Below are positions 49,769-53,871 of a stretch of 53,871 nucleotides of DNA, piece after piece. Numbering within the stretch: position 1 is the stretch's first letter; each line of letters opens with the position of its first letter. The notes beneath the pieces were generated by a model. It did not search any database. It worked only from the letters and a program-made list of their open reading frames with translations, and was not told the DNA's origin. Source of the DNA: Parcubacteria group bacterium M6-OD1-4. Its GTDB lineage: Bacteria; Patescibacteriota; Patescibacteriia; Patescibacteriales; UBA12465. Location of the stretch: contig LSNS01000011.1 of assembly GCA_003056205.1 (NCBI GenBank), positions 1 to 53,871 of the forward strand. Reading direction: 5' to 3'. The position numbers and the translations under genes were made by a program.

Positions 49769-50846
49769 AAATATCTTGATATTTTTTAACCATATTAATA
49801 TCTGAAAATAATTTATTATTAATTATGGCTTGATTTTCTCCTTTTAATTTATTCAAAAATTCTTCTTTATCATTTACTTCAAAACAATTCTCCACTCCGA
49901 CAATTTCTTCATTTCCTCCTACTCGACTGGAAATAGCCGGAACTTTAGCACTGACCGCCTCAATTAAACTTATTGACAAACCTTCAAAAATTGAAGGTAA
50001 AACAAATAAATCAAAGGCTTTTAAATAACGACTAGCTTGTTTAATTTCTCCACTTAAAATTATTCTATCTTCTAGTTTATATGATTTTATCAGATTTTCA
50101 TACTTAATTCGTTCTGGTCCTTCTCCAATAATTAATAATCTAGCTTTAGGTTCTATATTTTTAACTGCCTTGAAAGTATTAATTAAAAATTCATAATTTT
50201 TAGGATAAGCTAATCTACCGATTGAACCATAAACATAGTCTTCGGGATTTAATTTTAAAATTTGGCGAGCTTCTTCACGACTAAGCAAATAATCAGGTGG
50301 AAAGCTAACCCCATTATAAATTAAAGTACTTTTATTTTCTAAACCCCGGAGTAAACCAGAAGTTTTAGCAAAATCTAAATTAAGACGACTAACAAAAACT
50401 ATTTGATCTAATTTTTTAAAAGCCAGTCTGAAAAACAAACGATAAATTAATTTAAGAGGAGCAAAAACTTGATACCTATTGTCTAAAAGCGACAAACCGT
50501 GAACAGTAAAAATTAAACGTGGTCTAGACTTTAATTTAGCTAAACCCCAAACTCCCAATAAAGTGTTAGAACTATTAAAATGAACAACATCAAACTTTTC
50601 ACTTATTACATAATTTTTTAATTCCGAGATAAAACTTAAATTTTTAAAAGGATTATTGCCTCGCTTTAATTTATTTAAACGTTTAAATTTAATGTCTATT
50701 TTTTTCAATTCTTCTGGCAAATAATTTCCATCACCAGCGGCTACAACAACTTCATTATTATTTTCTTTTAACCCTCGCGCTAAATTGAGCACTACATTTT
50801 GAGCTCCGCCTATTTCTGCTTTAGTTATGACCAGAAGAATTTTCAT
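49758..50846 (-). CDS. Glycosyltransferase family 4
   Basis: GGAQ, FTVHG, IGRL..PKN and EGLSISLIEA motifs. Confidence 0.92.
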   Translation of the reverse strand: MKILLVITKAEIGGAQNVVLNLARGLKENNNEVVVAAGDGNYLPEELKKIDIKFKRLNKLKRGNNPFKNLSFISELKNYVISEKFDVVHFNSSNTLLGVWGLAKLKSRPRLIFTVHGLSLLDNRYQVFAPLKLIYRLFFRLAFKKLDQIVFVSRLNLDFAKTSGLLRGLENKSTLIYNGVSFPPDYLLSREEARQILKLNPEDYVYGSIGRLAYPKNYEFLINTFKAVKNIEPKARLLIIGEGPERIKYENLIKSYKLEDRIILSGEIKQASRYLKAFDLFVLPSIFEGLSISLIEAVSAKVPAISSRVGGNEEIVGVENCFEVNDKEEFLNKLKGENQAIINNKLFSDINMVKKYQDIYEV

Positions 50847-50869
50847 AATGTAGACTGATAATAGTTATT

Positions 50870-51682
50870 CTAATTCCCATTTTTTATCTTGCATTTCCCA
50901 TTCTTAACAACCTCTTCACACCTAGTTTTAATATCAAAACAATTGATTTTTTTCTTTTTAACAACCTTCCTTCTGCTAATTTTAACATTAAAGCAATCTA
51001 TTTTTTCATTTTTATTCTTGTTTTTATTTAGATCTTTTATAATATCAATTATTTCTTTTTTAAAAAATAAATACTTTTGAAAAATTTTATTTTTTTGAAT
51101 TTCTTCTGTATTGACAATATTGCCATAGGGGTTGCCAAAATAAATAGCTGTAATTTTTCCTATTTTTTTAAAATCATAATTTTTGTCATTACCGAGGTCA
51201 TCTAAAAATCTATACTCATTCTCATACTCCCACACTAAATTCTTTGCTAATAATATTTTTTTAACTTGTTTTTTAATACCAGTACCGTTATTGATAAACC
51301 GAGGTCCGCGATAATAATATTTAATAGAACTTATTTTAGAACTTTCTTCAGAATCTTTTACGCTAACTTCAATAGCCACTCCTTTAAATCCCCCAGCATA
51401 ATGTCCCCACATTAGTGGACTATGAAAGCCCTTTCCACTTTTATCATCTCCAGAATCTCCAGAAAAAGAGCAAATCTTATACCGCGCTTTCTCCCCATGT
51501 ATTTTACTAATTTCTTCAACTACTTCCTTATTATTAAAAATACTAAAAACACCCTCCATAGGATCATTCAATTCCCAAAAGTTTGAACACCAAAATTCCC
51601 CAGTTTCAATAATTCGTCTCAAACGACAAAAATTAGTTCCATTAATTAATGGTCTAAATTTATATATTTTCATAACTGACAT
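50870..51682 (-). CDS. DUF2971 domain protein
   Basis: IYKFR, LNDPMEG, CSFS...LMWGHYA...GVAIE and K...WEYENEYR motifs. Confidence 0.85.
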   Translation of the reverse strand: MSVMKIYKFRPLINGTNFCRLRRIIETGEFWCSNFWELNDPMEGVFSIFNNKEVVEEISKIHGEKARYKICSFSGDSGDDKSGKGFHSPLMWGHYAGGFKGVAIEVSVKDSEESSKISSIKYYYRGPRFINNGTGIKKQVKKILLAKNLVWEYENEYRFLDDLGNDKNYDFKKIGKITAIYFGNPYGNIVNTEEIQKNKIFQKYLFFKKEIIDIIKDLNKNKNKNEKIDCFNVKISRRKVVKKKKINCFDIKTRCEEVVKNGKCKIKNGN

Positions 51683-52112
51683 AAATTTTTATACATAGAA
51701 CGCTAATCAAGATATAACTATTATACATTATGGTAATATTATACACTATAAGCGAAATTTATTGAATTTTAATTATTTTTATTTATCATCTTCACTAATC
51801 ATTCTCTCTTCCGTTATTTAGGTTTAAGCGAGATTATCTTTATTTCATCAATTAACTTCTTTAAATATAAACTATAAATCCATTGTAAAAATGACCAAAA
51901 AATAAAAAGCCTATATTATAATATACTTTAATATAAGCTAATATCTCGCTATCAATAGGTCTAATTATTAGTCTAATTCAACTAGGCTCTATTGGTCTAA
52001 TTTTTCCGACCTTAGAACTAGACTCGTAGTTTCTTGAAGATAAATATCGGCAATATTTTATATCTCCTAATTAATAAGAAGACAATATAATTAAAGATGG
52101 TACTGAACAATA

Positions 52113-52141
52113 TTGACAAACATTTTAGACTTTGTTAATAT
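52113..52141 (+). promoter_or_regulatory. Sigma70 promoter convergent on the DUF3800 gene
   Basis: TTGACA (52113)-N17-TAATAT (52136) with extended TG; no + strand ORF follows. Confidence 0.7.
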
Positions 52142-52147
52142 ATCCAC

Positions 52148-52219
52148 ATAAGATATTATCATTCATAATACCTTTGAAGACAGGCGTTACCCATTGTGGG
52201 TTATGGCCTGTTTTTGTTT
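52148..52219 (+). ncRNA. Candidate DUF3800-associated small structured RNA (antisense to the gene 3' end)
   Basis: Small hairpin TATTAT/ATAATA, then GAAGACAGGC-GTTACCCA-TTG-TGGGTTATG-GCCTGTTTTT with G-U pairs on the + strand and a U-rich end. Confidence 0.65.
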
Positions 52220-52999
52220 AGCATATTTTTTAGCTTTTGATCGGTTACAATCAAAAATTGTTGCCCTAATTTTATCCCCTGATAAAATATAATTCCTAGT
52301 TTTTCGAGATGAATTTATAAAAAACGATTCTTTAATATTTAGCTTCTGATAAACGAAATTTAAAAACTTTCTTTTATATTTATTTTTACCAATAATTATT
52401 TTTTCAGTTTTTTTCAGATCATATACAATGGCTCCTAATATTAAATCTGTTAATTGTAATAAATCTGATGATTTTGAGTTTATTTGGCAAACACCAGCAA
52501 CAACAAATTTTTGATAATGATTATTTGTAAATTTTTTTATGGTATTTTCTATTTCTAGCCTTTCTGGAGTGAAATAATCATCTGCTAAGACAATCAAAAC
52601 TTCTTGAGGAATTTTGCCGACAACTAGTTTTAAAAGAGAAATTGTAAAACTTCTGTAAACTTTACATAAATCATTATTGTACTCTTTTGCAAAATCTAAT
52701 TCATCCTTATTTAATATAATACAATTAAATTTAACATCAACTTCATTTAAAAAACATTTAAAAATATCCATGGCGATATTAAAACGAATTTTTGAATTTA
52801 ATTGGGCCCACTTCACTTCTTCATTATAGTTAGATCTTTGTCTAATTTTTCTTATTTTGTTATAAATTTTTTCAGGATAACTACATTTTACTAATCCTAA
52901 TGCAAAATATTTATCTTTTTTATCAAAAATTAAACCAGTCTCATCTAAAAAACAAAAACTTGTTTTTATATTTCTAAAATCTTTTCCCATTATAGACAT
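52187..52999 (-). CDS. DUF3800 domain protein (RNase H-like acidic residues)
   Basis: FLDETG, EVKW, ADD and SKSSDLLQLTDLILG motifs. Confidence 0.88.
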   Translation of the reverse strand: MSIMGKDFRNIKTSFCFLDETGLIFDKKDKYFALGLVKCSYPEKIYNKIRKIRQRSNYNEEVKWAQLNSKIRFNIAMDIFKCFLNEVDVKFNCIILNKDELDFAKEYNNDLCKVYRSFTISLLKLVVGKIPQEVLIVLADDYFTPERLEIENTIKKFTNNHYQKFVVAGVCQINSKSSDLLQLTDLILGAIVYDLKKTEKIIIGKNKYKRKFLNFVYQKLNIKESFFINSSRKTRNYILSGDKIRATIFDCNRSKAKKYAKQKQAITHNG

Positions 53000-53044
53000 A
53001 AATCTAACATTACCGATTTGACACTAAGTTTATTATTAAACAGA

Positions 53045-53073
53045 ATTATAGCATTCATTAATAGATATTTCAA
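53045..53073 (-). promoter_or_regulatory. Sigma70 promoter of the DUF3800 gene
   Basis: Minus strand TTGAAA-N17-TATAAT with extended TG. Confidence 0.7.
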
Positions 53074-53169
53074 GGCTAATATTAGATAAAATTATTCTAA
53101 AATAAAAATAAAGTTTTTATAAAGAACAATCTATTTATTTATTTCAAAAATCTTTTTAAAAATAAGCTT

Positions 53170-53856
53170 CTATTCGCTCCGCTCCACTATCTTCGCTAAG
53201 CTCCCTTTACCCATAATCCAAACACCCAGTGGTAAAGTTAGATAAGAAACTAGGGTGGCAATTGCTGCCCCTCTAATTCCCAGGAGAGGAATAAGTATTA
53301 AATTAAGGCCAACATTAACGACCATTGCTAAGAGATTAACAATAAAAATAGTTCGCACCTTGTCTTCAGCCATTAAATAATAGCTTAGAGCCATCCATAA
53401 GAACAAACCAACATTAGACCAAATATAAATTTGTAGGACACTAACCGCTGCCAAAAACTGACTACCAAATAACCAATAGATTAAAGGACGAGCAAGAAGG
53501 GCAATGGGGATAACAATCGCTAAAGAAATTAAAACCATAAAGACATAAAAATTCTTTAAACGTTGTCGGTAACTAGCTTGATTGGTTTTCCGAGCGTTAA
53601 TAATCGCCGGGAAAAGAGAAACCGCAATCATTCCCGGGATAAAATTCCAAACTTCTGCCAATTTAACCGCGGCCGCATACAAACCAACTTCTAAACTATT
53701 GAGCATATTACCAATCATCACCTGATCAATCCGAGAATAGATATAGCCCGCTGCGGAGGCCAACATTAAAGGCCAAGAACTCTGCCAAATTCGTTTTGCT
53801 AAGGATTGGTTAAAATGCCAAAGCTTGATCTTGAGACCCTCTAAGCGATAGGTAAT
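53170..53856 (-). CDS. Wzx-type polysaccharide flippase, 5'-truncated
   Basis: Frame is open to the contig edge; SWPL, RIDQVMIG, VGLYAAA and NLILIP..G..GAAIAT motifs. Confidence 0.9.
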   Translation of the reverse strand: MTYRLEGLKIKLWHFNQSLAKRIWQSSWPLMLASAAGYIYSRIDQVMIGNMLNSLEVGLYAAAVKLAEVWNFIPGMIAVSLFPAIINARKTNQASYRQRLKNFYVFMVLISLAIVIPIALLARPLIYWLFGSQFLAAVSVLQIYIWSNVGLFLWMALSYYLMAEDKVRTIFIVNLLAMVVNVGLNLILIPLLGIRGAAIATLVSYLTLPLGVWIMGKGSLAKIVERSE

Positions 53857-53871
53857 AGTGTGTACGTAGTC
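53857..53871 (-). other. Untrimmed sequencing adaptor (reverse complement of 1-15)
   Basis: AGTGTGTACGTAGTC. Confidence 0.85.

Noticed and set aside
624-51080. Short shadow ORFs in the track (e.g. 624-848, 3757-3963, 7735-7983, 13724-14005, 17901-18128, 25071-25343, 26778-26975, 44987-45301)
   Set aside because: They are antisense or off-frame to well-supported genes and have no motifs.
338-53856. Genetic code 25 (TGA=Gly) as in Gracilibacteria
   Set aside because: Conserved genes are full length under code 11 with no in-frame TGA.
1-53871. 15-bp terminal inverted repeat suggesting a linear plasmid, phage or transposon
   Set aside because: It matches the 454 Rapid Library key GACT plus MID ACGTACACACT. 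It cuts through genes at both ends, and the content is core chromosome.
1-53871. CRISPR array, tRNA, rRNA or IS element
   Set aside because: I saw no repeat-spacer periodicity, cloverleaf with T-loop, rRNA sequence or transposase. This was a visual scan only.

Overview
A 53.9-kb AT-rich bacterial chromosomal contig with about 50 genes. It is most consistent with a Patescibacteria/CPR (Parcubacteria, Falkowbacteria-like) genome. That placement is inferred from CPR-type surface-protein repeats, archaeal/eukaryote-type ProRS and IleRS, and AT-rich starts without Shine-Dalgarno motifs. Both ends carry the same 15-nt sequence in inverted orientation, matching a 454 Rapid Library key plus MID adaptor, so it is an artefact. 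Positions 338-2915 hold a small glycosyltransferase operon. Positions 2923-37153 are a long minus-strand housekeeping and envelope run: two mreB, mreC/D, rmlB/C, proS, ruvA, U32, htpX/lemA, ileS, secA, hpf, rseP, frr, holB and large secreted repeat proteins. Positions 37309-53871 are a glycan biosynthesis region with interleaved defence-like or mobile genes (AbiEi/AbiEii, Bro-N, DUF2971, DUF3800). The best leads are: (1) a DUF3800 gene with a convergent, separately promoted hairpin RNA; (2) an unrecognised multi-stem ncRNA with promoter and terminator next to ruvA; (3) a gmd-fcl-GT6-GT11 set predicting a blood-group-A-like glycan; (4) a Bro-N gene with a 33-bp coding palindrome, flanked by a decayed duplicate of the gmd 5' end; (5) no TGA stop in any of 49 gene ends. 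All family calls come from motif recognition by eye; no searches were run.
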